Source: an uncultured Anaerolineaceae bacterium (lineage in GTDB: Bacteria; Chloroflexota; Anaerolineae; Anaerolineales; Anaerolineaceae). From it: 64,000 nt of DNA. Each line of letters starts with the position of its first letter. The stretch's first letter is position 1. The notes below the pieces were generated by a model, which did no database searches, was not told where the DNA came from, and was given only the letters and a program-made list of their open reading frames with translations. The translations under genes and the position numbers were made by a program. Where the stretch lies: the NCBI GenBank assembly GCA_964484715.1, contig CAZAFJ010000010.1, forward strand, positions 1,056 to 65,055. Direction: 5' to 3'. Below are positions 19,220-28,795 of this stretch, one piece after another.

Positions 19220-20620
19220 ATGATGAAAAAAATCCTTTCTTTCACACTTATTATGATAATCACCTTGTTAATAACAGTGACTTTGGGCTCTTCGACCCAA
19301 AGAGTGCAAGCTCAAATGCCTGACCCTTGGGTCATTCAGGTAAACACTTTTGAAGACATGCGCGATTTTGCACTAAATAGTGTGTGTAGCGCCGGAGAAG
19401 CCGTGGATGGGCCATGCTCCTTGCGCGCGGCATTGCATGAAGCAAGTTACCATGCCGTTGGAAATGCCATCATTGAGCTACCACCTGGTGTTTACAAACT
19501 CACTTTGGATAAACCCAGTTTTGATGGGGAAGAAGAGGCACATTACGGCGATCTGGATATTCCCGGAATCAACAATCCCCGAACCGGCACCCTCATTATT
19601 AAAGGCACAGGCGAACTGGACAATCCATCCATCATTGATGCCAACTTTATCGACCGGGTTTTTGAAATTGGAAAAAACCAATTTGTTGCACTGGAGAACT
19701 TGGTGCTACGAAACGGGCTTGCAACCGAAGCAGTTTCTGGTCAGGAGGAAGGCGGAGGCATTTATGTTGGGGATGCAGACCTAAGCCTAAGCCATGTGCG
19801 CCTTACCCATAACGAGGCCAGGAGTGAAGGCGATACTATTTCAGAGGGTGGTGCCATCTATAGCTTCGGAGCTAAACTCAATATCGCTCATTCTGAAATC
19901 GCCCACAACAAAGCTGACATCGTTACTGCTCTCAGCCATCGGGGCCATACACACCAAGCGCTCATTTATTCCACTAGCATTCACCACAATGTGATTAGTA
20001 AGGACTACTCCGCCCACATCAGTGGAAAGGTTATGGTAACGAATAGCACCATGGCTTACAATCAGGGTGGTGATGCTTATATTGATATTGCTACTTCTTT
20101 CGGTTGGGTCCAAAACTCAACCTTAGTCGCGAGTGGACCAATGAACTTAGTGAACTTAGATAACCGCTCTCACTTGTATTACAACATCATGGTTAACCTG
20201 CCAGACGCCAATGGTGACATTGGACTAAACTGCCATACACGTAGCACAGGATTAATATCAAAAGGCGGGAATATTTTCACTGACGACAGTTGCCATCCGG
20301 ATGCCGCGCTTGACCAGATGATGAGCCCAACAAAGGTAAAACTGGCCCCTTTCGGAAACTATGGAGGACTTACACCCACGATTGCCCTGATGAATGGCTC
20401 TCCCGCCATCGACCATGGGGACGCAAACTGTATGACCTGGTGGGAATATACCATGCCAAAAAGCAGCCCTATTACAAACGACTATTCATTAGTGCCTTTG
20501 ATGTCTGACCAACGCTTCTTCCCACGTACGGATGGTAAATGTGACATCGGCGCTTTTGAATTGCAACCCACAGAAAGTTATGAGGCCTTGATGCTCTATC
20601 TGCCCATTACGATCAAATAG
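19220..20620 (+). CDS. secreted right-handed beta-helix protein (choice-of-anchor Q-like)
   Basis: Signal peptide, the GPCSLRAALHEA motif near the N-terminus, repeated beta-helix-like segments, and a C-terminal CDIGAFE. Confidence 0.6.
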   Translation: MMKKILSFTLIMIITLLITVTLGSSTQRVQAQMPDPWVIQVNTFEDMRDFALNSVCSAGEAVDGPCSLRAALHEASYHAVGNAIIELPPGVYKLTLDKPSFDGEEEAHYGDLDIPGINNPRTGTLIIKGTGELDNPSIIDANFIDRVFEIGKNQFVALENLVLRNGLATEAVSGQEEGGGIYVGDADLSLSHVRLTHNEARSEGDTISEGGAIYSFGAKLNIAHSEIAHNKADIVTALSHRGHTHQALIYSTSIHHNVISKDYSAHISGKVMVTNSTMAYNQGGDAYIDIATSFGWVQNSTLVASGPMNLVNLDNRSHLYYNIMVNLPDANGDIGLNCHTRSTGLISKGGNIFTDDSCHPDAALDQMMSPTKVKLAPFGNYGGLTPTIALMNGSPAIDHGDANCMTWWEYTMPKSSPITNDYSLVPLMSDQRFFPRTDGKCDIGAFELQPTESYEALMLYLPITIK

Positions 20621-20823
20621 TAAGAGTCGCTTCACTTTTTAAACTTAAAAAAACGCAAAAGGCCATTCTTGGTCTTTTGACTTTAATAAGGTAAACCAGC
20701 CATTCATCATTCCCATGCCTTCGGGAACGTTTACTGCCAAATGAACGTCTTTGCTACACCATGCCAGTGTTGTCACGCCTTGGCTTGGTAGAATGGTCAA
20801 GCTTAAACTATAATTTGAATGTT

Positions 20824-22686
20824 ATGGAAACGAATCAAGAAACAACAAACGTCCAACCCGAACCTCGAAAAGCCAAAGTTTACGCCAGTTTCGGCCGGCA
20901 ATTTGCCTTTAGCCTCTTCGTGGGGCTCGTGCTTGGCTTATTGACTCTCGGTGTGATTGTCTTTCGATTTGAGGCGAAGTATACCGATAAGGTATATCCA
21001 AACGTCAAGGTTAACAACATCGACCTAAGCGGTTTAAGTTTAGGCCAGGCTGTTTCCCGACTGAATGCTGATCTCAATTACCCCAGCCAAGGCAAGGTTG
21101 TCTTCTCTTACGATGGACGCCAGTGGGTTTTTAGTCCTAAAGATCTGGGCTATACCAACAACCCCACCGCGGTTGCCCAGCAAGCTTTTCAAGCCGGTCG
21201 CGAAGGAAGCTGGTTGGAAAATTTTCGCACCCAGTTTTCGGCCTTGCGCACGGGTATCAATATCCAAACCAGTGCGGCTTATGACCAAGCATTGGCCTAC
21301 GCCAAACTCCAAGAGATTGCCAATCAAGTTGACAAAGCTGTCGTCGAAGCCAGCATCAGTATTGAAGGCACCGAAATCAAGTCGCGCGATGGGCAGACCG
21401 GCTATACCTTGGATATTCCAGCAACCATGGACAAATTGCAGGCTTATTTCCTGATTCAAAAAGATGCCGAAATCCCACTGGTCATCCACGAACAGGCACC
21501 TGTACTCGCCGACGCGAGTGAGACTGCCAAGCAGGCTGAAGCGATGCTTAGCGCGCCCCTCACCATGCACCACCCCAACCCGGACCTCGGACTCGAACCT
21601 TGGGTCATCCAACCCCAGGATCTGGCAAACTTGATCACCATCGAGCGTCAAACCGAAGGACAAGAAGCCGGCTTTAAACTCAGCCTCAACAAAGCCTCTT
21701 TGGAACATTATCTTTCAAGCATCGCGCCAAAATTCGTTGTGCAACCCGAAAACGCCCGTATGCGCTTCAACGAAGAAACCCGCGAACTAGAACTTACCCG
21801 TAACGCCAAAATAGGCAAAACACTCGATATTGATGGCAGTGTGGCACTCATCCTGGAAAGTCTCCAAAACAACCAACACGAAGTTAATTTGATTCTCAAA
21901 GATTTGGCACCCCAAGTGACCGATACCACCACCGCTGCGGAATTGGGCATCACCGAACTTGTCGCGGAAGAGACTTCCTATTTTTACGGCTCCGAAGCGG
22001 CGCGGGTGCAGAACATCCAAGCTGGTTCTACAACTTTTAACGGCATTTTGATTGCCCCAGGCGAAGTCTTTTCGATGGCAAAATATATGACCGACATCAG
22101 CCTTGACAACGGTTATGCCGAAGCGATTATCATCGTCGGCGACCAATCCGTCAAAGGCATTGGTGGCGGTATTTGCCAGGTGAGCACCACGCTTTTTAGA
22201 ACCGCGTTTTTTGGTGGATTCCCCATCGTCGAACGTCACGCCCACGCTTACCGGGTCAGCTATTATGAACAACAAAGTAATGGCTGGGCTAACGCTAACC
22301 TGGCTGGACTTGATGCAAGTATCTTTGTGCCTTTCGTTGACCTCAAGTTTAAGAATGACTCCGAGCATTGGATCCTGATGGACACCGAAATGACTAACAA
22401 TTCACTGACTTGGAAGTTTTACTCCACCAAGGATGGCCGACGCGTTGAATGGAACTCAACCGGCATCACCAATGTCATCGAACCACCCGAAGATATCTGG
22501 CGCGAAGACCCCACCCTTGCCGAGGGTCAGATTAAGCAAGTTGACTGGGCGGTCAACGGCGCCAGCGTCAGTGTTAACCGTAGTGTCTATAAAGGTGATA
22601 CGCTTTGGTTCAACGACGCCATCCACACAACTTACGTGGCATGGCCGAATGGCTACAACTACGGTCCAGGCACTGAGATTCCTTAA
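20824..22686 (+). CDS. VanW-family protein
   Basis: N-terminal TM helix and the C-terminal VanW block GGGICQVSTTLFRTAFFGGFPIVERHAH. A TATAAT lies 9 nt before the ATG at 20824. Confidence 0.8.
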   Translation: METNQETTNVQPEPRKAKVYASFGRQFAFSLFVGLVLGLLTLGVIVFRFEAKYTDKVYPNVKVNNIDLSGLSLGQAVSRLNADLNYPSQGKVVFSYDGRQWVFSPKDLGYTNNPTAVAQQAFQAGREGSWLENFRTQFSALRTGINIQTSAAYDQALAYAKLQEIANQVDKAVVEASISIEGTEIKSRDGQTGYTLDIPATMDKLQAYFLIQKDAEIPLVIHEQAPVLADASETAKQAEAMLSAPLTMHHPNPDLGLEPWVIQPQDLANLITIERQTEGQEAGFKLSLNKASLEHYLSSIAPKFVVQPENARMRFNEETRELELTRNAKIGKTLDIDGSVALILESLQNNQHEVNLILKDLAPQVTDTTTAAELGITELVAEETSYFYGSEAARVQNIQAGSTTFNGILIAPGEVFSMAKYMTDISLDNGYAEAIIIVGDQSVKGIGGGICQVSTTLFRTAFFGGFPIVERHAHAYRVSYYEQQSNGWANANLAGLDASIFVPFVDLKFKNDSEHWILMDTEMTNNSLTWKFYSTKDGRRVEWNSTGITNVIEPPEDIWREDPTLAEGQIKQVDWAVNGASVSVNRSVYKGDTLWFNDAIHTTYVAWPNGYNYGPGTEIP

Positions 22687-22776
22687 TCTCAAGCTAACCG
22701 ATTAGATAATTGTGATATCACAAGCTTTTTGCATGGTAAAATTGCAACTAACGCTCAATAAGATGCGTTAGACGAG

Positions 22777-23007
22777 GTGAGAATGATTAATCAAGAATTG
22801 CTCGATTTACTACGTTGCCCGGTTTGTGTCAAAGAAGACAAAGGTCGTCTGAGCGTTTTTAAAGATGCGTGGTTACTTTGTGACACCTGCCCGCGTAAAT
22901 ACCCCATTTGGGATGACATTCCGGTCATGCTAATTGATGAAGGCGAGAAATGGCAGACAACAGAAAAAGACGCCTTGCCCATTCCTCCACCGCAACCAGA
23001 AAAGTAA
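22777..23007 (+). CDS. Trm112/UPF0434-family small zinc-ribbon protein
   Basis: LLDLLRCPVC...LLCDTC...YPIWDDIPVMLIDE. Confidence 0.8.
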   Translation: MRMINQELLDLLRCPVCVKEDKGRLSVFKDAWLLCDTCPRKYPIWDDIPVMLIDEGEKWQTTEKDALPIPPPQPEK

Positions 23008-23026
23008 AGATTTATCCTTGTAAATT

Positions 23027-23055
23027 AAAGAAGCTCCTATTTGGAGCTTCTTTTT
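23027..23055. terminator. bidirectional intrinsic terminator
   Basis: GAAGCTCC-TATTT-GGAGCTTC flanked by AAA and TTTTT, between convergent genes. Confidence 0.7.
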
Positions 23056-23072
23056 ATGTCTTACATTTCGGC

Positions 23073-24275
23073 CTATTTAATCAATCCAGGCAATAGCGCA
23101 TAAAACTCACCCGCTTTGACCACGTCATCCAGGATGACGCTGTCCATGACTGTATGTGCGGTCACTTCATCACCAGGACCAAAGCCAATCGAAGGAATGT
23201 TGGCTTTACCCGCCCAATAGATGCCATTGGTGCTGAACGACCATTTGCCCGCAGGCGCATCATCAAGCCCAATCAGGCGACGGGTCTCAAGCCCAGCTTG
23301 CACGAGTGGGTGGTCCTCATCCAAAGCCCAAGCTGGGAAGTATTTTTCAACCGGGAAGACAAAGCCAGTATAAGACGGCTCATCATAAAACAGAGGTTCC
23401 ACGGTCACACGTTCTTTAAACTCTGGGGGAATCAAAGCTTCCACCTGGGCTAAGGCTTCTTCTTCGGTCTCGCCAAAAGTCATACGGCGGTCGATGTAAA
23501 TCACCGCCTCATCCGGCACAGCATTGATGCTTGGTGTTTGCACAGTCATATCCGAAACCGTAATCTTGCCTTTACCCAGGAAGGGATGGTCGCCTAAACT
23601 GGGCTCCATGTCGCGAATGCCTTCAATCACCGGCAGCAGCAAGTAGATCGCGTTGATACCGACATGGTTGCTCGCAGCATGTGCGCTAACGCCCTTAGCG
23701 ACAACCTTCATCTCCAGGCGTCCTTTATGTCCGCGATAGACATTCATTTTGGTCGGTTCGCCAATCACCACAAAATCTGGGCGAATTTGGGGATCGACTT
23801 CCACAAAAGTATTAGGCGCAATACCATCACACCATTCTTCCATATTGCCAAAATACCAAGCCGTCCAACCATCCAAAAGGCCCAAATCACGCGCGATAGC
23901 CATGCCATAGACCATACCTGGTGTCGACCCTTTCTCATCACACGCGCCGCGCGCGTAAAGTACGCCATCTTCAATCTTGCCCTTAAAGGGATCCCATTGC
24001 CACTCTTCGGGATCGCCGACACCAACAGTATCGATATGCGAATCAAAAACGATGGTGCGTTCGCCGTTGCCGATGCGGCCCATAATATTGCCCATTTTGT
24101 CAAAGCGCACCTCGTCAAATTTGAGTTTGCGCATTTCTTCAGCAATGCGTTCACCAACGGGTCCGATGAGCGAATCCATGCTGGGAATGGCACAAATTTC
24201 ACGCATGAAGGTCTTCATGGTTTCGGCATTTTCTTGCACTCTGTGTTGTACTTCTTTAATAATCTCGGGGTTCAC
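23073..24275 (-). CDS. M20-family metallohydrolase (YgeY-like)
   Basis: M20 blocks: FDSHIDTVG, ARGACDEKG, VIGEPT. GTG start with an AAGGAG RBS. Confidence 0.75.
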   Translation of the reverse strand: MNPEIIKEVQHRVQENAETMKTFMREICAIPSMDSLIGPVGERIAEEMRKLKFDEVRFDKMGNIMGRIGNGERTIVFDSHIDTVGVGDPEEWQWDPFKGKIEDGVLYARGACDEKGSTPGMVYGMAIARDLGLLDGWTAWYFGNMEEWCDGIAPNTFVEVDPQIRPDFVVIGEPTKMNVYRGHKGRLEMKVVAKGVSAHAASNHVGINAIYLLLPVIEGIRDMEPSLGDHPFLGKGKITVSDMTVQTPSINAVPDEAVIYIDRRMTFGETEEEALAQVEALIPPEFKERVTVEPLFYDEPSYTGFVFPVEKYFPAWALDEDHPLVQAGLETRRLIGLDDAPAGKWSFSTNGIYWAGKANIPSIGFGPGDEVTAHTVMDSVILDDVVKAGEFYALLPGLIK

Positions 24276-24398
24276 TTTGTCTCCTTATTAAAAAGTTTTC
24301 TGTATTTTACAAACCAAAAACGTACATGATGTTTTGCCACGATAGGCCAAACAAAACTCATAGTTTTTCTATATTATTCACATACATGCATCAGATAA

Positions 24399-24427
24399 CA
24401 AAAACGCGCCTGAAACGGCGCGTTTTC
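24399..24427 (-). terminator. intrinsic terminator after the LysM gene
   Basis: AACGCGCC-GTTTCA-GGCGCGTT followed by a T-run on the minus strand. Confidence 0.65.
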
Positions 24428-24439
24428 TCAAGATCCAAT

Positions 24440-25168
24440 TTAGGGGGTTGGTGTCATCGTGCGGGTCGGTGTTGTGGTGGGTGTTTTCGTCACCACGTTG
24501 ACCGGCACAATCAAGAGTTCACCAACTTGTAAGGCACTATCCGCGGTCAAGAAAATGGTTATGCCTTCTCGTTGTCGATAACGATTGGTTTCCAACACGA
24601 TGCGATCAACCGTTGAGTAGAAATATTGGGCCACAGAACGCAGGGTTGCACCAGACTGCGCGCGGTACTCAATCAAGGTACCCGGAGCGGTGTCATCCGG
24701 GAAGGGTGTTGCGGTTGGGCGTTTGAACCATGGTGGTGGAACCTTAATCTCCTGACCCACATTCACAATACATTGCCCATCAGGCCATTCGTTAACATAA
24801 CTAAGGTCATCCGGGTCAACATTGAATTTAACCGCAATATCCCAACAGAATTCGTCTGGTTGAACAACATAAGCAAAAGGACCATCCAAAGTTGCGGTTG
24901 GACCCATTGTCGCGGTTGGTGGGACCTCGGTAGGCTCCACGGTTGGAGTCATGGTTGGGGTCGCTGTCGGCACATCGGTATTGGTGGGTGTAAGTGTATC
25001 AGTGGCAAAGACCTTCCAAGCCTTGCCATCCAGTTTACCTAAGCCCCAAAGCAACACCAGTGCAATAATTGCAACCAAAAGAATGATGAGCAGAACGACA
25101 GGCACAGCTTTGCTTGCGCGTTCTCGTCTTCGGTAAGAGTGAAGTAAGCTTTGTGGTTTTTTAGCCAT
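24440..25168 (-). CDS. membrane-anchored protein with two LysM-like domains and PT-rich linkers
   Basis: N-terminal TM helix. YVVQPDEFCWDIAVKFNV...VGQEIKVP and YRAQSGATLRSVAQYF...VGELLIVP resemble LysM. Confidence 0.7.
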   Translation of the reverse strand: MAKKPQSLLHSYRRRERASKAVPVVLLIILLVAIIALVLLWGLGKLDGKAWKVFATDTLTPTNTDVPTATPTMTPTVEPTEVPPTATMGPTATLDGPFAYVVQPDEFCWDIAVKFNVDPDDLSYVNEWPDGQCIVNVGQEIKVPPPWFKRPTATPFPDDTAPGTLIEYRAQSGATLRSVAQYFYSTVDRIVLETNRYRQREGITIFLTADSALQVGELLIVPVNVVTKTPTTTPTRTMTPTP

Positions 25169-25350
25169 AATACATTCCTTTATTCCATTTCATGCAAACG
25201 CTGCACGAAACTCAACAAAATGAAGTTCGAATTCTTAAATACACATAGTTTTGGCGTCATGCCGTTAGCTAAAGTATACCATTATTAACAGAATACAAAT
25301 TTAAATCCTTTCCTGCTCATTTTCCAGGTTTTACATTCTGCCAGAAAAGG

Positions 25351-25356
25351 TATAAT
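25351..25356 (+). promoter_or_regulatory. -10 box TATAAT 6 nt upstream of the PPIase ATG (leaderless architecture)
   Basis: GGTATAAT-ACAGAC-ATG. Confidence 0.5.
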
Positions 25357-25362
25357 ACAGAC

Positions 25363-26295
25363 ATGTTTAAGAAAAAAGCTTTCATTGTCAGCTTCTTGCT
25401 GGCTTCAATTCTTTTAATCACTGCCTGTGAACCTATAAACAGTCCAGGCGAGCTTCCCACCCCCGCGATGAACACGCTTGAGCCGGGAACGTCCTTACCA
25501 ACAGACACACCCCAAATCATCCCAACCGAACTACCTCCCGAAGCGCCATTGGCAGCGCGTGTGAATGGACATGGTATTCCGTTAGAGGCTTTCGAGCGCG
25601 AATTGCAAAACTATCGCGCTTCTTTTGAGCCGAACCAAGCTCTGCCCTCTGATGATGAAATCAAACAAAGCGTGCTCAATTACCTTATCGAGCAAAAACT
25701 TTTAGCTGATGCTGCCCTAGCCAGCGGCTTTAGCTTGAGTGACGATGCCTTGCAAGAAAAGCTAGACTCGCTGACCCAGGATATGGGTGGAGCAGACGCA
25801 CTCAACACCTGGATGCAAGCTAATCATCACAGCCTGGAAAGCCTGCGTGAGTCCCTACGACTGGCGAGCCTGGCTGCCCATCAACGCGATGCGATTATCG
25901 CTGAAGTGCCTGAAACCGCCGAGCAAGTCCGCGCCCGTCAACTTTTCTCCATCCGTCAAGGTGACCTCACTGCCGCGCAAAAGAGCCTCGAAGGTGGCGT
26001 GAGTTTTGAAGAAATCGCCTGGAAACTCACGCCTGAATCGGGTGGCGAATTAGGCTGGTTCCCGCGTGGTTTTCTCTTGTTCCCTGAGATCGAAGAAGTA
26101 GCCTTTAACTTGCCCGTTGGGTCGAGATCTGAGATCATCCAAACCGATATTGGTTACCACATCATTGAAATCCTCGCCCATGAAGACGGCCACCCTTTGA
26201 CCACTGACGCGCGGGTTATGCTCCAGAACAAAGAGCTTGAAAACTGGCTGACTACCGCCAGAGACCAGGCAGAAATCGAGATTCTCGTCCCGTGA
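25363..26295 (+). CDS. parvulin-type peptidyl-prolyl isomerase lipoprotein (PrsA/SurA-like)
   Basis: Lipobox LLITAC and the PPIC-type block GGELGWFPRG...EVAFNLPVGSRSEIIQTDIGYHIIEIL. Confidence 0.8.
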   Translation: MFKKKAFIVSFLLASILLITACEPINSPGELPTPAMNTLEPGTSLPTDTPQIIPTELPPEAPLAARVNGHGIPLEAFERELQNYRASFEPNQALPSDDEIKQSVLNYLIEQKLLADAALASGFSLSDDALQEKLDSLTQDMGGADALNTWMQANHHSLESLRESLRLASLAAHQRDAIIAEVPETAEQVRARQLFSIRQGDLTAAQKSLEGGVSFEEIAWKLTPESGGELGWFPRGFLLFPEIEEVAFNLPVGSRSEIIQTDIGYHIIEILAHEDGHPLTTDARVMLQNKELENWLTTARDQAEIEILVP

Positions 26296-26348
26296 ACCAT
26301 CGCCGATCCCAACACCCCATCCAGCGCGAGCCTAAGCCTTTTCGCGCG

Positions 26349-27098
26349 ATGGCAACCCCCAAATCCGGCTTTGAACAAGAAAAAAAGCTTGGCTCAAAAA
26401 AGGCAGTGGGTATTGGAATCCTTGCAGGCCTCTTGTTTTTGGCCGTCATTGTCGGTGTCTTTCTCATCCGCGGACGAGGGATGCAGACCAAAGCGAAGCC
26501 GACCATCACGCCAGCATATATTGGCTTGGCCAGCCCGACTGTTGGCCCCGAGGTAACGCACACAACAACCGACGCTCCTCCGGCGACAAATACGTCTTTG
26601 CCCAGCACAGAACCGAGCCCAAGCAACACCCTCGCGCCAAGCGACACACCTACCCAGGCGCCTAGTGACACACCAACCAGCACGCCCAGCCCCACATCAA
26701 GCCCGACGTCACAGGCTTTCCCCTACACAATTCGCAATAACAGTCAGCTGTCGCATGTTATTTATTTTCCTAACGAAAGCTGCGGTAAATCTGTTTTCGT
26801 GGTCGGTCAGGCTTTGGATTATTCCGAAAAGGACATTATTGGCTATGAAGTCCGCTTGACCGGTATCCACGGCGGAAAAACACTCGGCGAAAGCAGTCAG
26901 ACCGGCTCGATGCCTGTTTTTGGGCCATCTGGCTTCGGCTTTGTTTTGTCCAACACCATTGAGGCAGGCGACGAAGTCAGCATCCAGCTTTTTGACAAAA
27001 ACGGTCGCGCGCTTAGCAAGAAAACCATTATCGAACTGAGTGGCGAGTGCGATAAAAACTTACGCCTGATTCGCTACAAACAAACTGGCGATCTTTAA
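26349..27098 (+). CDS. hypothetical membrane-anchored PT-rich protein
   Basis: One TM helix, a Pro/Thr/Ser linker and an unrecognised C-terminal domain. The track start at 26292 is GTG and overlaps the PPIase stop, so the ATG at 26349 is equally possible. Confidence 0.5.
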   Translation: MATPKSGFEQEKKLGSKKAVGIGILAGLLFLAVIVGVFLIRGRGMQTKAKPTITPAYIGLASPTVGPEVTHTTTDAPPATNTSLPSTEPSPSNTLAPSDTPTQAPSDTPTSTPSPTSSPTSQAFPYTIRNNSQLSHVIYFPNESCGKSVFVVGQALDYSEKDIIGYEVRLTGIHGGKTLGESSQTGSMPVFGPSGFGFVLSNTIEAGDEVSIQLFDKNGRALSKKTIIELSGECDKNLRLIRYKQTGDL

Positions 27099-27127
27099 TC
27101 CCCTTTTTTGACCTAATTAAATATAGG

Positions 27128-27925
27128 TTATTGACGTTGCCGCGCGACTTCAAACATCAAAAGCGCTGCCGAAACCGCCGCATTGAGCGATTCCGTGCCT
27201 CCGGCCATGGGGATCCTAAGCGTCTTTTGGGCTAATTTGAGTCCTGTTTCAGACGCGCCTTTGGCTTCACCGCCAATTAATAGGGCGGTTTTCCTTGTAA
27301 AATCGGCTTGCCAGAGGCTTACTTCCCCGTCCATATCCGCATAAAAAACGTGCATGTCAATCACCAGAGCCTCAAGCGCTTCAATGCCCCAATTGAGGAT
27401 CGGCAAGCGAAAATGGCTGCCCATGGCCGAGCGAGTTACCTTGGGAGCCCAAGGATCTGTTGTGCCCGGCAAAAGGAAGACACCCTGCACACCTGCAGCT
27501 TCGGCACTGCGCAAGATCGTGCCCATATTACCCGGGTCACGCACCTGATCGAGCAAGAGTAAAAAGTTGGGTTCTTCTGGCAGCTGAGTTTCGGGGATAT
27601 CAAATACCGCCATGATGCCTTGACTGGCTTCGGTGTCGGTGAGTTCATCAAAAAGACGATCCTCGATTTGTAATATTGGAAAACCAGCTTTATGATCTTG
27701 TTTTACAGCCCAAGCAAAATCGAGCGTTTCGGACGCGCGTTGACTTAAGCTTTCTTTATAAGCGACCAAACGCGGCACAAAACCCGTACGCAAACCATCC
27801 TCGACCAAGCGCGCGCCTTCGGCAAGAAAAGCCTGTTCCTTGCGTCGCGCTTTGCTCTGCGTCGCCAAACTGCGCATCAGCTGAACATGTTGGTTTTGTG
27901 GGGAGCTAATTGTTTCTGGATTCAT
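27128..27925 (-). CDS. TrmH/SpoU-family RNA 2'-O-methyltransferase (RlmB-like)
   Basis: Blocks: DQVRDPGNMGTILRSAEAAG, LLIGGEAKG, IPMAGGTESLNAAVSAALLMFE. Confidence 0.85.
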   Translation of the reverse strand: MNPETISSPQNQHVQLMRSLATQSKARRKEQAFLAEGARLVEDGLRTGFVPRLVAYKESLSQRASETLDFAWAVKQDHKAGFPILQIEDRLFDELTDTEASQGIMAVFDIPETQLPEEPNFLLLLDQVRDPGNMGTILRSAEAAGVQGVFLLPGTTDPWAPKVTRSAMGSHFRLPILNWGIEALEALVIDMHVFYADMDGEVSLWQADFTRKTALLIGGEAKGASETGLKLAQKTLRIPMAGGTESLNAAVSAALLMFEVARQRQ

Positions 27926-27996
27926 CGTGGCCTGCTTATTAAAAATGTTGTTGTGTTATGTGATTATAACGCCTACATCCAGGCCGAAACACATAA

Positions 27997-28092
27997 CTCA
28001 TATGACTTTTGTGCATTTTTGCACGAATCTCATATGACTTTCGTGCATTTTTGCACGTTTCTCATATGACTTTTGTGCATTTATGCACGTTT
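27997..28092. repeat. three tandem 32-bp repeats, each with CATATG and a GTGCA-N4-TGCAC palindrome
   Basis: Units are 27997..28028, 28029..28060 and 28061..28092, consensus CTCATATGACTTTTGTGCATTTTTGCACGWWT, with 1-3 differences per unit. Confidence 0.9.
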
Positions 28093-28174
28093 TTGGCATG
28101 AGTTTGGCATTTTTAGCCTATGGATGGTGTTTTTTAACACTCTTTAAAAGATGTTTCTAGAAGCTAGCTCAAGG

Positions 28175-28744
28175 TCAATCCAAAATGACTTCGCGGCGTT
28201 CGACCACCAGCTCGCCATCTTCTTTAATAGTCAGCATCATATACTGCGGACGGCCTTTGTTGCGCCAATGCGGATACCCCGAACCCGGGTTCAAAAAACG
28301 GATACCCTCAGTCACTTCATCATACTGAAAATGCAAATGGCCATAAATAATCAGATCGGCTTCGGGATAAAGGCGGGCGAGTTGACGTTGGAAAAATGCG
28401 TTATCCTGGATACGAAAGGTCAGGAATAGGCGCGCGTAATTCCAAAACCAATGCCACATGCTGATGTGCCCATGCGCCAAAACCACTTTGAGCCCATTGA
28501 ACTCGAAACGCGCTTCCATCGGCAGTTTGTAGCGCTTGAACCAATCGCGGTTCCCCTGCACCGCCACCACCGGCGCGATTTTTTCGAGTTCGCTCACCAC
28601 AGAGGGGACAGCGATATCGCCAGCATGCAGAATCATCTGCGGCTCTTCAGCTTTTATCGCCTCTAATAGTTTTGGCTCAAGTGCTTTGATGCGGTCACCA
28701 ACATGCGTGTCCGCAATCAGCAGAATGCGCTTTTCTTCATTCAT
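28175..28744 (-). CDS. metallophosphoesterase (YfcE/MJ0936-like)
   Basis: Blocks: LLIADTHVGD, HAGD, QGNRD, AHGH, GHLH. Confidence 0.8.
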   Translation of the reverse strand: MNEEKRILLIADTHVGDRIKALEPKLLEAIKAEEPQMILHAGDIAVPSVVSELEKIAPVVAVQGNRDWFKRYKLPMEARFEFNGLKVVLAHGHISMWHWFWNYARLFLTFRIQDNAFFQRQLARLYPEADLIIYGHLHFQYDEVTEGIRFLNPGSGYPHWRNKGRPQYMMLTIKEDGELVVERREVILD

Positions 28745-28750
28745 GCCGCG

Positions 28751-28756
28751 ATTATA
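28751..28756 (-). promoter_or_regulatory. -10 box TATAAT 6 nt upstream of the metallophosphoesterase ATG (leaderless architecture)
   Basis: The minus strand reads GATATAAT-CGCGGC-ATG. Confidence 0.5.
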
Positions 28757-28795
28757 TCATTTGCCCATTACAGTACCGAATCTGGCATAGACAGA

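Noticed and set aside
21040-21708. Long antisense ORFs inside well-supported genes. Examples: 21040..21708 and 21787..22368 in vanW, 23664..24329 in the M20 gene, 30722..31357 in GNAT, 32129..32809 in hutU, 51638..52522 in gyrA, 59750..60259 and 60407..60973 in secA, and 46927..47457 in the phosphohexomutase.
   Set aside because: Each lies opposite a gene with clear family motifs. The peptides are low-complexity or compositionally odd, which is typical of shadow ORFs.
15197-24275. A dpaL (ygeX-like) and M20 ygeY-like pair as a linked selenium/purine-catabolism-type cluster.
   Set aside because: The two genes are about 6.6 kb apart on opposite strands with unrelated envelope genes between them. 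No other ygeW/ssnA/xdh-type genes are seen.
28094-28110. Sigma54-like TGGCAT-N5-TGGCA next to the 32-bp repeats.
   Set aside because: The -12 element lacks the conserved GC. The plus-strand orientation points into the 3' end of a minus-strand gene, and no enhancer-binding protein gene is nearby.
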